The notes: generated by a model from the sequence alone, not told the origin. DNA of 62,524 nucleotides from Pseudoalteromonas sp. (GCF_041613455.1 NZ_JBFJHD010000001.1:1-62524); one strand, 5' to 3'. Counted from the stretch's first letter, positions 29,460-38,816 are shown. Translations and numbers: made by a program.

Positions 29460-30650
29460 TTAACCCTGTGGGTGCAAAGCTTGGCCTCTTTTTGTTATTA
29501 AAATGAGCCATAAGGGCAGCAATAATAATAAATGAAAGGCGATTAGCCAAGGTGTGCTTAAGCCTAAATACTGCGTCGCAAATACCAGTACACTGGCGCC
29601 ACTCATTTGCATGGCACCAAGTAGTGCAGACGCGGTACCAGCTTGTTTTGCAAAGCGCGACAACGCCATGCCCGCCGCAGAGCCCAAGCTTAAAGCAAAA
29701 CCCAGTGCCGCAATTAGCATGGGCAGCATCATTGCTAAGGCGGTGTGTATATGGCTGAGCGCGAGCATTAACAAGCCCGAAAAAATTAACAAACCCACTC
29801 CAAGACGTAGCGCATTCTGGCTATTATTTTTTATATACAGCGGAGCAATAAAGCTAGCCACTATGCTAAATACCGCATTGAGGGTGAACCAAAAGGTAAA
29901 ATCAGTCACCGTACCGCCTAAATGAGTTATCAACCAGCCTGGCGCGAGGGTTACATACACTAGAATTGCCGACATGGCGATCATACACAGCAAACTATTA
30001 AACAAAAAAATCGGTGAGCTAATGATAGGCAAAAAACGCCGTAAATCGAGTATATGGCCTTGGTAATGGCTATCTTCAGGACGGGTTTCTTTAAACAGTG
30101 ACAGCACCACGACTAAGCCAATTAGCGCAAACAAGGTTAAAAATAAAAAATTCATTCGCCAGCCAAACTGAAGCGTTAACCACGCCCCTAAAATGGGTGC
30201 TAATGCCGGTATAAAGCAAATAATGCCATTTAGGTAGGTGATCATTTGGCCACTACGCTGTGGCCCAAATTTGTCGCGCACGATGGCAAACGCCACTACA
30301 AATGTGGCACAAGCGCCAAGGCCTTGCAGTGCGCGTGCTAATAACAAAACGTTAAATGAGGGGGCATAATAAGCTAACAGCGCTGAGCCTGCATATAGGC
30401 TAATACCAATTACCGCCACTGGTTTGCGGCCAAACTTGTCCGCCAATGGCCCTGCAATGAGTTGTCCTAACCCAACGGTAAGCATAAAAATAGCCACACT
30501 TTGCTGTACGTGTTGTTCAGACACCGAAAATTGCTCAGCAATAGTTGGAAAAGCAGGTAAGTAAATATCGATTGCCATTGGGCAAAAAATAACGAGTAGC
30601 GCTAAGATCAGTAACAACATTAAGTTTGGTTTAGCGGGCTGTGTTTGCAT
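29460..30650 (-). CDS. Bcr/CflA-family MFS efflux transporter
   Basis: IDIYLPAFP, GPLADKFGRKP, RALQG. Confidence 0.92.
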   Translation of the reverse strand: MQTQPAKPNLMLLLILALLVIFCPMAIDIYLPAFPTIAEQFSVSEQHVQQSVAIFMLTVGLGQLIAGPLADKFGRKPVAVIGISLYAGSALLAYYAPSFNVLLLARALQGLGACATFVVAFAIVRDKFGPQRSGQMITYLNGIICFIPALAPILGAWLTLQFGWRMNFLFLTLFALIGLVVVLSLFKETRPEDSHYQGHILDLRRFLPIISSPIFLFNSLLCMIAMSAILVYVTLAPGWLITHLGGTVTDFTFWFTLNAVFSIVASFIAPLYIKNNSQNALRLGVGLLIFSGLLMLALSHIHTALAMMLPMLIAALGFALSLGSAAGMALSRFAKQAGTASALLGAMQMSGASVLVFATQYLGLSTPWLIAFHLLLLLPLWLILITKRGQALHPQG

Positions 30651-30781
30651 TGGTTCTCCTTTTGCGCGTATTTTAGGTGGGCACTGCTAAAAAAGAAAGG
30701 CCTTATGACCCTAGTACCGAGAGGATTACTACTTTTTAATTAAAATACGTGTAAGCAAAGGGGGGGAGAGCTGCTTTTGCA

Positions 30782-30798
30782 AGCTGGTCAGATGTGTT
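30782..30798 (+). promoter_or_regulatory. Putative FadR operator
   Basis: AGCTGGTCAGATGTGTT; lies between TTGCAA and TGn-TAGTTT promoter-like elements. Confidence 0.6.
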
Positions 30799-30831
30799 AG
30801 TTTAAGCCAAGTTTAATGATGGAAAATTATA

Positions 30832-31305
30832 ATGAGTAATAAAACGTCACTTTTAAGTGTTTGGCATCGGGTTAAAACGTTACCTTTGGGTCGTTGGCTA
30901 TTTACGAAAGCGGTGTGTTTTAAAGCCCCTTACTTTGGCTCTATGAAGCCTTATATACTGGAATTGCGAGCGGGATATTGTAGTGCGCGGGTAAAAAATA
31001 GACGCCGAGTGCATAATCATATCGGCACAATACACGCTATTGCGCAATGTAACTTAGCCGAATTGTGCGCTGGTGTGATGGTGGATGCCACCGTACCGGC
31101 TACAACCCACCGTTGGATCCCCAAAGGCATGACAGTGCAGTACTTAGCTAAGGTTGATACTGATGTTACCGCTATTGCTGAGATTGCGTTACCGCATCAA
31201 TGGCAAGATAAGGAGGATCTTGTGGTGCCGGTAAAGCTTTATAATACCCGCAATGAATTGGTGTTCACTGCGGATATTACTATGTACATTACCGCTAAAA
31301 AGTAA
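30832..31305 (+). CDS. Hotdog-fold thioesterase-like protein (DUF4442/PaaI-like)
   Basis: KAPYF, NHIGTIHAIA.CNLAE, WIPKGMTVQYLAK. Confidence 0.85.
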   Translation: MSNKTSLLSVWHRVKTLPLGRWLFTKAVCFKAPYFGSMKPYILELRAGYCSARVKNRRRVHNHIGTIHAIAQCNLAELCAGVMVDATVPATTHRWIPKGMTVQYLAKVDTDVTAIAEIALPHQWQDKEDLVVPVKLYNTRNELVFTADITMYITAKK

Positions 31306-31306
31306 C

Positions 31307-31792
31307 TTAGCTTTGATCTGTGGCCGGTTTGTTGACAAATGACAAGCCGCTGTCGTCCTCGTCAAATAATGTTTTTACGTCATCTACCGACTTTAGTTCT
31401 TCGCTTGTTGCGGTTAGGCTTTCTTGTTCAAAGCGTTGCTTTAAATTACCTTCAATGGTGGCACCGGCTTCTATGCTCAGTGAATCATGAAAAATATCAC
31501 CATGCAGATGGGCACTATTTTTTATAGTGACTTCACTGGCATTCAGTGAGCCAATAATTTTGCCTTTGACAATAATGCTTTTGGCCTCAACAATACCTTC
31601 AACAACGCCACTGGCACCAATGACTAAGTGTGCAGCTTTAATGTCGCCGTCAATACGGCCATCTAGCTGAACTTCACCTTGGCTGGTCAATGAGCCGGTA
31701 ATGCGCATATCTTGTGAAATAATCGAAGGGGTATTATTAACACGCGCTATAGAGGCGTTATTGTTTACTTGCTTTTTTTTATTACCAAACAC
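31307..31792 (-). CDS. Bactofilin (polymer-forming cytoskeletal protein)
   Basis: MFGNKKK N-terminus; SIISQDMRITGSL..GEVQLDGRIDGDI beta-helix; IEAGATIEG. Confidence 0.92.
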   Translation of the reverse strand: MFGNKKKQVNNNASIARVNNTPSIISQDMRITGSLTSQGEVQLDGRIDGDIKAAHLVIGASGVVEGIVEAKSIIVKGKIIGSLNASEVTIKNSAHLHGDIFHDSLSIEAGATIEGNLKQRFEQESLTATSEELKSVDDVKTLFDEDDSGLSFVNKPATDQS

Positions 31793-32939
31793 GAGAAAGC
31801 GCCTTTGTTATTTTAAGAGGGTTGACATGCTCACCATCAATGAGCACTTCATAATGTAAATGAGTGCTGGTACTGCGACCTGTGCTACCCATTAAACCAA
31901 TCACATCATGCTTATTGACAGTTTGCCCTTTTTTAACGTTAATTTTATTTAAATGACCGAAACGAGTCACTAAGCCATTTTTATGTTCTAGCTCAATAAA
32001 GTTACCATATCCGCCGTTACGCCCAGCACGCAGTACTGTGGCATCTGCTGGGGCAAATATTTCGGTTTTATGCCAGCCCGCCAAATCAACGCCTTTATGG
32101 AACGCACGGCGGTTGTTCATCGGATCTTTACGCAGCCCAAAATTACTTGAAATATAATATTTAGCCGCAGGCAATGGCAAGGTGTTAGGTAGCTCACTTA
32201 AAAAACTTTCTAGAGTGTTAAGTTGCAGTAACTTATCGGCAACAGCTAAAAAGGCGCTCGGAATTTTAGTTTCATCAAACATGTCTAACGGGCCACCTTG
32301 TGCCACACTGGTGTCGCTTAAGGCTAAATGTTGTTCAAGCGCTGATTCAAGTCCCGCGCCTTTTAACATGGCTAAAATGGCTTGATGACGCAAGTTAATT
32401 TGCTGCTCTAGTAAAGCAAAGTTTTGTTGGTAATGTTGATTTAATTGCGCGTAACGCTCAGCAAAAGCGTTTTCGCTCAGGTGTACATGTTTATCAAGCG
32501 GCACTTCATCAACTAAAGGTTCATGAAACTCGTCCTGATCTTCCTCAAAAGGTGAGCTAAGCTCATCTTCGCTGAGTACATCTTTACTAATCGAAGCCGG
32601 TAATGACTCAATCATGCTTTGTAGCAAAGCTTGTTTTTGTTCTAACTCGGCTAATTGTTCAGCTTGTTGCGCGTGCAACGCTTGTTGTTTGCTAGCCTGC
32701 TGCTGCCACAATTTTTGTTCATCGAGCTTAGCTTGTTCAATGGCTGAGATTTTAGTTGTTTGGCTGTATACGCGATAACTCGAAATGCTCACCCAACTAA
32801 GAGTAATCAATACCAGCAACACGGCAAAAATTTGTAACCAAGGCGCTAAAACAACGTGCTTTACCTCACCATTTTGGCGGATAAGTAGTTGGCGAGGTGG
32901 AAAAAAATGTTCAAAAAAAGACTTTATAAATACAGGCAT
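31782..32939 (-). CDS. M23 peptidoglycan endopeptidase, membrane-anchored with coiled coil (LmdC-like)
   Basis: One TM, coiled coil, HKGVD and HLHYEV zinc motifs; 3' end overlaps bactofilin start. Confidence 0.92.
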   Translation of the reverse strand: MPVFIKSFFEHFFPPRQLLIRQNGEVKHVVLAPWLQIFAVLLVLITLSWVSISSYRVYSQTTKISAIEQAKLDEQKLWQQQASKQQALHAQQAEQLAELEQKQALLQSMIESLPASISKDVLSEDELSSPFEEDQDEFHEPLVDEVPLDKHVHLSENAFAERYAQLNQHYQQNFALLEQQINLRHQAILAMLKGAGLESALEQHLALSDTSVAQGGPLDMFDETKIPSAFLAVADKLLQLNTLESFLSELPNTLPLPAAKYYISSNFGLRKDPMNNRRAFHKGVDLAGWHKTEIFAPADATVLRAGRNGGYGNFIELEHKNGLVTRFGHLNKINVKKGQTVNKHDVIGLMGSTGRSTSTHLHYEVLIDGEHVNPLKITKALSRVW

Positions 32940-33026
32940 GGCACACAAATACTGGCTATTAACTAGGCTAAGATAGCAATTTGAGTTGAAAAAGCCAGAA
33001 AAAAATTGTAACTGAGAAAAAATTAA

Positions 33027-33061
33027 GCAAAAAAGGCGGCAATGTTTGCCGCCCTTTTTGC
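33027..33061 (-). terminator. Intrinsic terminator after fahA
   Basis: aaaaaaggcggcaa-tgt-ttgccgcccttttt. Confidence 0.82.
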
Positions 33062-33080
33062 GCTGGCTTTATGTGCAAAC

Positions 33081-34394
33081 TTACTTAGCTGGAAGCACAG
33101 TGCTTTCTACAAAACCAAAGCCGATACGCGCAAAGCCTTCTTTTTCACACCAACCGCGCATAATGACATTATCACCGTCTTCTAAAAAGCTGCGTTGCTC
33201 ACCATTACTTAGGGTGATTTTCTCTTTACCACCGCGAGATAGCTCAAGTAACGAGCCAGCCTCTTCATGGGTAGGACCAGACTGAGTGCCTGAGCCAAGC
33301 ATATCGCCGGGCATAAAGTTACAGCCATTAACGGTGTGATGGGCAACCATTTGTGCCACAGTCCAATATGAGTGCTTAAAGCTTGACGCAGAAACACGTG
33401 TTGGTTTGTGGCCCGCGTCGCGCATTTGCTGTGTTTCAATGCTCACATCCATTTGAATATCAAATGCACCTTGCTCACGGTTTGCTTTTGATTCTAGGTA
33501 GTCTAGTGGCTGCGGATCGTTTTCATCGCGAGTCCATTGTGTTCTAAAGGGGGCGAGTGCTTCTGTGGTAACAATCCACGGCGACACAGTCGAGGCAAAG
33601 TTTTTAGCTAAAAATGGACCTAATGGCTGGTATTCCCACGCTTGTAGATCGCGCGCCGACCAATCATTAAAAACACAGAAACCAAAGACGTGATTTTCAG
33701 CATTTTCAATCGCAATAGCATCACCCATAGCGTTACCTTTACCTAAATAAATGCCTAGCTCTAGCTCATAATCAAGGCGTTTACACGGGCCAAGTGATGG
33801 CGCATCGGCATCGGGTGCTTTAGTTTGACCATTAGGGCGGTGAAATTGTTGCCCCGATACACCAATAGAGGATGAACGGCCATGATAGCCAATCGGTACC
33901 CATTTATAGTTTGGCAATAACGGGTTGTCTGGGCGGAATAAGCTACCTACAGCAGTGGCATGGTAAATCGAAGTGTAAAAGTCGGTGTAGTCACCAATAT
34001 GACACGGTAATGCAAATTCAATCTCAGCTTGTGGAATAAGTGCTTGTGCTAACTGCGCTTGGTGCTCAGAGCCGGTGCGCAATGCTCTAGACAAGGCTAG
34101 ACGCAGTGCAGACCAATATTGCTGACCTAAACCCATAAATTCATTAAGGGTTTCTTTACTTGCAGCCGTTACAGCGGTTTGTGCATCGCCACTAAATAGC
34201 GCCAGTTCATTGAGTTTAGCTAAATCGATAACTTGATCGCCAATCGCAACAGCACCGCGAAAAGCCTCGTTGCTGTTTTTACGACGCACTTCAGCAAAAG
34301 GAAGGTTTTGAATTGGGAAGTCGCAATTAGCTACGTTAGCTGAGTCTACCCAGCTAGTTAAATTTATATCGTGGGTTTCATTTATTAAACTCAT
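33081..34394 (-). CDS. fahA: Fumarylacetoacetase
   Basis: DFPIQNLPF, GDYTDFY, PIGYHGRSSS, LDYELE, NDWSARDLQAWEYQPLGPF. Confidence 0.96.
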   Translation of the reverse strand: MSLINETHDINLTSWVDSANVANCDFPIQNLPFAEVRRKNSNEAFRGAVAIGDQVIDLAKLNELALFSGDAQTAVTAASKETLNEFMGLGQQYWSALRLALSRALRTGSEHQAQLAQALIPQAEIEFALPCHIGDYTDFYTSIYHATAVGSLFRPDNPLLPNYKWVPIGYHGRSSSIGVSGQQFHRPNGQTKAPDADAPSLGPCKRLDYELELGIYLGKGNAMGDAIAIENAENHVFGFCVFNDWSARDLQAWEYQPLGPFLAKNFASTVSPWIVTTEALAPFRTQWTRDENDPQPLDYLESKANREQGAFDIQMDVSIETQQMRDAGHKPTRVSASSFKHSYWTVAQMVAHHTVNGCNFMPGDMLGSGTQSGPTHEEAGSLLELSRGGKEKITLSNGEQRSFLEDGDNVIMRGWCEKEGFARIGFGFVESTVLPAK

Positions 34395-34559
34395 TACATT
34401 TCCTTTGGTTTAGTTGGTCGTGCCGTTCAGTATAAATATCAATTTATTAAATAAGTCGAGCGCTGTAAATACAGTGCACAGTACTCACTTATATGGTGAT
34501 GAACAACACGATTTAAACAGACAGCGCACAATAGGCGCTCATTATCAGGGTAAAACGAC

Positions 34560-34586
34560 AAAAAGCAGCGAGTTACGCTGCTTTTT
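34560..34586. terminator. Intrinsic terminator after hppD
   Basis: aaaaagcagcg-agtta-cgctgcttttt. Confidence 0.82.
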
Positions 34587-34603
34587 AATGGTGTCAAATG
34601 GAC

Positions 34604-35650
34604 TTATAAAACGCCGCGGCGCTCTTGGTCACGCTCAATTGATTCAAATAACGCTTGGAAGTTACCTTCACCAAAGCCGCCGTCATCAACACGTTGGATC
34701 ATTTCGATAAAGATAGGGCCAAACAAGTTCTTAGAGAAAATTTGCAGTAGGTAGCAATTCTCACTTTGGCTATCGACCAGTATTTGATGCTCACGAATTT
34801 TGTCTTTGTCTTCTTTAACCCAAGGTACACGGTCAAAAATAGTCTCGTAATACTCAGGAATAATATCCAAAGTGGCAATAGTCGACTTATCCAACTTATC
34901 CAGTGAGCTTACTAAGTCATTGGTTAAGAATGCTAAATGCTGTACACCCGGGCCATTATATTCGCCAAGATATTCATCGATTTGGTTATTGTCGTTGCCT
35001 TTCCCTTCGTTAATTGGAATAGAGAAGGTGCCACAGGGTGACTTAAGGGCATACGAAATTAACGCCGTTTTTTGGCCTTTAATGTCAAAGTAGCGCACTT
35101 CACTAAAACCAAATACGTCTTTATAAAAGTTAGCCCATGTTTCCATGGTGCCTTTGTAAACATTGTTGGTTAAGTGGTCGATACGAATAAAGCCTTTATC
35201 TTCAACAATGTTTTGCTGTTCTAAATCTTCAAAATCTTGTGCGTAAATAGAGCCTTTGTCACCAAATTGCTCAATAAAGTAAATTAAGCTATCACCAATA
35301 CCGTAAATAGCTGGGTAAGGTAAATCTTTATTGGCCGAGTCGGTAGCAGGTTTTGCACCACGCTCCACAGCAATATCAAACGCTTTTTGGGCATTTTCTA
35401 CGCGCCAACCCATAGAGCAAATAGCAGGGCCATGATCTTTGGCGAACTGGGCTGAAAAACCTTCACGTTCGTTATTTAATAAAAAATGAATATCATTTTG
35501 GTTGTAATAAACAATGTCTTTACCTTTGAATTTTTTTAGCTTTGAGAAGCCAAAATCAGTAAACACTTTGTCCATGTAATCGGCATCTGGTGTTGCATAT
35601 TCTGTAAATTCAATACCAACCAAACCTAAAGGGTTATTTACTTCACTCAT
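34604..35650 (-). CDS. hppD: 4-hydroxyphenylpyruvate dioxygenase
   Basis: IDHLTNNV, GVQHLAF, FIEMIQR..GFGEGNFQALFESIE. Confidence 0.96.
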   Translation of the reverse strand: MSEVNNPLGLVGIEFTEYATPDADYMDKVFTDFGFSKLKKFKGKDIVYYNQNDIHFLLNNEREGFSAQFAKDHGPAICSMGWRVENAQKAFDIAVERGAKPATDSANKDLPYPAIYGIGDSLIYFIEQFGDKGSIYAQDFEDLEQQNIVEDKGFIRIDHLTNNVYKGTMETWANFYKDVFGFSEVRYFDIKGQKTALISYALKSPCGTFSIPINEGKGNDNNQIDEYLGEYNGPGVQHLAFLTNDLVSSLDKLDKSTIATLDIIPEYYETIFDRVPWVKEDKDKIREHQILVDSQSENCYLLQIFSKNLFGPIFIEMIQRVDDGGFGEGNFQALFESIERDQERRGVL

Positions 35651-35764
35651 TTTCATTACTCCCGCAATAAAGTACTGCGCTTATTTGTTGTCGTATTACG
35701 GTAGATGATTAACCAGATTAACAGTTTGGGGAAGGGGGCGTTGTTATTTAGTAAATGGCGCGTG

Positions 35765-35782
35765 TGTACATTTTATAGGACG
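35765..35782. promoter_or_regulatory. Possible degenerate TyrR/PhhR box upstream of hppD
   Basis: Minus strand CGTCCT-N6-TGTACA, resembles the box before tyrR. Confidence 0.3.
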
Positions 35783-35904
35783 GTTAGCAGTTGGTTACTT
35801 TTTTGTAGTGCAGTTAAAATGAGCAACGCGCTATTATGATTTGACAAGACAGTGTTTGTTTTATTCAAGTTATTGATTTATATTTATTTTAAATGCAAAT
35901 AACG

Positions 35905-35926
35905 AGGCTGAAAATAACTTCAGCCT
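35905..35926. terminator. Hairpin after metallophosphoesterase gene
   Basis: aggctgaa-N6-ttcagcct. Confidence 0.55.
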
Positions 35927-35961
35927 GTTTAGCCGTTGTATATTTATAGCTTTTATTGTAA

Positions 35962-38703
35962 TTAATTGTTTACACTTTTGTGAGTACCAAAGAAGCGCTG
36001 ACGTTGCTTGAGCCATAAATTAGGCTTTATAGCTGGGGCCTGTTGGTAATGGCGCTTAATTGTTTGATTAAGCGTGCGCGTTGCTTGCTGAAAAGTGAGC
36101 TTTGTTTTGGCATGGCCCATGCTTTTTATTTCAGCGCGGGTCATTGCACGGCCAGCATAAAGTAGCGCATTTAAATAGCCGGGCTCAGTTTCGTAGTTAT
36201 TATCGGTTAATAATAATACCGCTTGATCGAGTGACCACCGTTTACCTATATCACCGTCTCTTTTAACGCCTTTAAACTCACCGTCAATATACACTTCAAA
36301 TACGCCATTTTCAGGGGCGCTATAAAACACAAAAGCAATTCGATGCCAGTTATCCGGCTGTGAACGCCCAAAATAACCGCTGTCAGTGGTTGATATGCCG
36401 AGCCCACCGAAAGGGCTAATAAATATGTCGGCGTCGTTATTCAAATCATTTGTTGCATCGGTTTGAATAAGTGCTCGGTATATGTCCTTTGTGGCATAGG
36501 GCCAGTAAATATCCATAACGAGGGTGTAGTCTGACACTCGGCCCTCATTGGCAAAATCGCCATTAGCCGCAGTGTTTAAAGTAATCTCTAAGCCTTCAGT
36601 AGGAGAGTGATCGGTAAATGCCATTACCGTAGCTGGGCCATCGGCTAAATCAGCAATATTAAATGCGCTGGTGCTACCAAAGCGGGTTTTTTCTGGGCCC
36701 CAACCTTTATTATCAGGATCGAAATAACTCAGGGTTGAAGGACCAAAATCGGCTTTAAGTGGATTGCTGCTATCAGTAAAATTCCAAATAGTGATATTGG
36801 CGCTATCTTGACAGGCATTAAGTGGGGTATCGGTATCTATATGCAAACATTGGCTGGTTCTAAAGCGAGCGTATTGGTCGAGTAACCACCATGCTTCGGC
36901 TATCGGCGCTACATCGTTAAACGTAACGCCATTAAAAAATAACTCCGGATTAAGTGCGGGCCCCTTAAACAGTGCAACTTGATAGTTAGCAGCGGCTTCA
37001 ATGGTGTCTGGCGTTAATAAAAACCAATCGGGCTGGTCAGCTAACATGGCGTTTAAGTCGGTGCCGCTCACCGTTACTGTGTATAACGAATTAAACCCCG
37101 GTGTATTAGATGGCTGTCTTTCTACATAATAGGCTTTATGAAAATCTTCTTGTGTTAGTGCGCCGGGAGTCCAGCGTTTTTGTACTAACTCAGGGTTCAG
37201 TAACGCAGCTGAAATAGTTTGCTTTGAATGCTGCACAGCGGCAGCGGTGACAGCGGTTAATTGCATTGCATTTAAGTAGTTTTCAGATATCGCAATCTCG
37301 GTTTGTGCATCGGGGGCATAACGGCCCATAATGGTATCAATGGCCTGTTGGGTAGCAGCATCGCGCTCGGTAATGGTGTCGGTTTTTAGTGTTTTGTAGT
37401 CAATGTTTTTTAGTGTTTTATCACCGGTGCTGAAGGTTAAATTGAGGTCGGTGATACCTTTTGCATAAAAGTCAGGCTGAATAACAAGGGCGCCATTATT
37501 AAGCGTAGTAAAACTTTCACCACCATGGGTATGGCCGCCTAACACGAGGTCAATACCCTGCACATTGGTGGCAATTTTAGTATCCAGGCCTTCACCTAAA
37601 TGGCTCAGCATTACCATGTAGTCAACTTCGGCTGCGTACTGGTTAACAATACTTTGTGCTATTTGTTGCCACTGCCAGCTCATTTTAAATTGTTTGATAA
37701 AATCAGGTATGGGGTCGTCTTGTAGTGGCCTATCTAGCTCATTCCACGGTACTGAAGTCATGCCAAATACGCCTAACGTTATACAGCCCACTTGCACTTT
37801 GGCGAAATCGACCGCGCCAAAATCCGTTTTACTTTCACCTTCGTAGCGCGTGTTACTGGCCAGCACGGTAGCATGACTGTCTTGGGAAAAATTAATCAGT
37901 GTTTCAGGGCCCCATGCATAATCATGGTTACCTATCACACGTAAATCAAAACGCATCGCTTTAATTGCTTCATCGGTGGCAAGCCCCTGTGATATTTGCT
38001 CTGCCACGGTGCCTTTTTCGTAATCATCGCCGCCATTAGTAAATAAGGTATAGGGCGTCTCAGCTAATACCTGTTTATGGTACGCTTTGATACGGCTAAA
38101 ATATTGCTGTTGGTAACCAAAACGCGCATGTAGGTCGGCTACATGTACAAAGCGTACGGCTTGTTCGCTGGCATTAGCGTCACAAGCGGTGCCCATATTG
38201 CGTTGCTCTACAATACGCTGCATACGTATGGCGAAGGTGCCCAGTTGGCTAACTTGGGCACTAACAAAACGCTCTGATACGGTGGAGTTGTCAATAGTAA
38301 TCCAGCCTGCTGCCGTTAAACGGGCAAGATACAGTTGCCCACCTAGTGCATAATCGTCGGGAATTTTTAAACTAATAGTAATTGGTTTTTGAAAGGTAAG
38401 GCTTTCAGGAGCTAAAGTATGCAGCGAGGTAATAATCCCTTGCGCTGTTGCAGCCTCATCAAGCGCCGTATTTTCATAGCTTATTTCAGTATCACTATCC
38501 ACACTGTTAGCGGCTACTGTAATTTCGATATTTTCGTTGATGCTAACGGATAAGCCGCTGCTTGAGGTGATCAGGTAATTGTTAGCTTGAGGTGGTGTTG
38601 GCAAGTTGGGGTTGGGAGTGACTGCATCGCCTGCGCCGCAAGCCGATAACAAAACACTCAAAGAGATGATTACAACTAACCTAAACCATGTTAATGCCAA
38701 CAT
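35962..38703 (-). CDS. Multidomain lipoprotein: ZU5-like + calcineurin-like metallophosphoesterase (5'-nucleotidase-like) + LamG-like domain
   Basis: LSAC lipobox; DLH, GGD, GNHD, SHLG, GGHTH; YTLVMDI...WHRIAF..VYIDG C-terminal module. Confidence 0.8.
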   Translation of the reverse strand: MLALTWFRLVVIISLSVLLSACGAGDAVTPNPNLPTPPQANNYLITSSSGLSVSINENIEITVAANSVDSDTEISYENTALDEAATAQGIITSLHTLAPESLTFQKPITISLKIPDDYALGGQLYLARLTAAGWITIDNSTVSERFVSAQVSQLGTFAIRMQRIVEQRNMGTACDANASEQAVRFVHVADLHARFGYQQQYFSRIKAYHKQVLAETPYTLFTNGGDDYEKGTVAEQISQGLATDEAIKAMRFDLRVIGNHDYAWGPETLINFSQDSHATVLASNTRYEGESKTDFGAVDFAKVQVGCITLGVFGMTSVPWNELDRPLQDDPIPDFIKQFKMSWQWQQIAQSIVNQYAAEVDYMVMLSHLGEGLDTKIATNVQGIDLVLGGHTHGGESFTTLNNGALVIQPDFYAKGITDLNLTFSTGDKTLKNIDYKTLKTDTITERDAATQQAIDTIMGRYAPDAQTEIAISENYLNAMQLTAVTAAAVQHSKQTISAALLNPELVQKRWTPGALTQEDFHKAYYVERQPSNTPGFNSLYTVTVSGTDLNAMLADQPDWFLLTPDTIEAAANYQVALFKGPALNPELFFNGVTFNDVAPIAEAWWLLDQYARFRTSQCLHIDTDTPLNACQDSANITIWNFTDSSNPLKADFGPSTLSYFDPDNKGWGPEKTRFGSTSAFNIADLADGPATVMAFTDHSPTEGLEITLNTAANGDFANEGRVSDYTLVMDIYWPYATKDIYRALIQTDATNDLNNDADIFISPFGGLGISTTDSGYFGRSQPDNWHRIAFVFYSAPENGVFEVYIDGEFKGVKRDGDIGKRWSLDQAVLLLTDNNYETEPGYLNALLYAGRAMTRAEIKSMGHAKTKLTFQQATRTLNQTIKRHYQQAPAIKPNLWLKQRQRFFGTHKSVNN

Positions 38704-38717
38704 TTAGCCGCTATCCA

Positions 38718-38745
38718 TATTATAAACAATCAATTGTTTATAATA
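38718..38745. promoter_or_regulatory. Perfect 13-bp palindrome over the promoter of the 913-aa gene
   Basis: tattataaacaat-ca-attgtttataata; overlaps minus-strand TTGCCA-N16-TATTAT promoter-like element. Confidence 0.55.
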
Positions 38746-38773
38746 CCAGCTAAGTTACTAGTGGCAAAGAGTA

Positions 38774-38816
38774 TTAAACTAACAACCCGCACTTTGGGGT
38801 GGGGTTGTTAGTTTAA
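38774..38816. terminator. Terminator after POT transporter
   Basis: ttaaactaacaaccc...gggttgttagtttaa. Confidence 0.7.

Noticed and set aside
34464-34480. TGTAAA-N5-TGCACA upstream of fahA as a TyrR box
   Set aside because: The spacer is one base short and the right half-site is degenerate.
34414-34710. 98-aa + strand ORF between fahA and hppD, considered as a maiA/hmgA remnant
   Set aside because: Wrong strand, runs through the terminator and into hppD, and shows no GST or cupin similarity.
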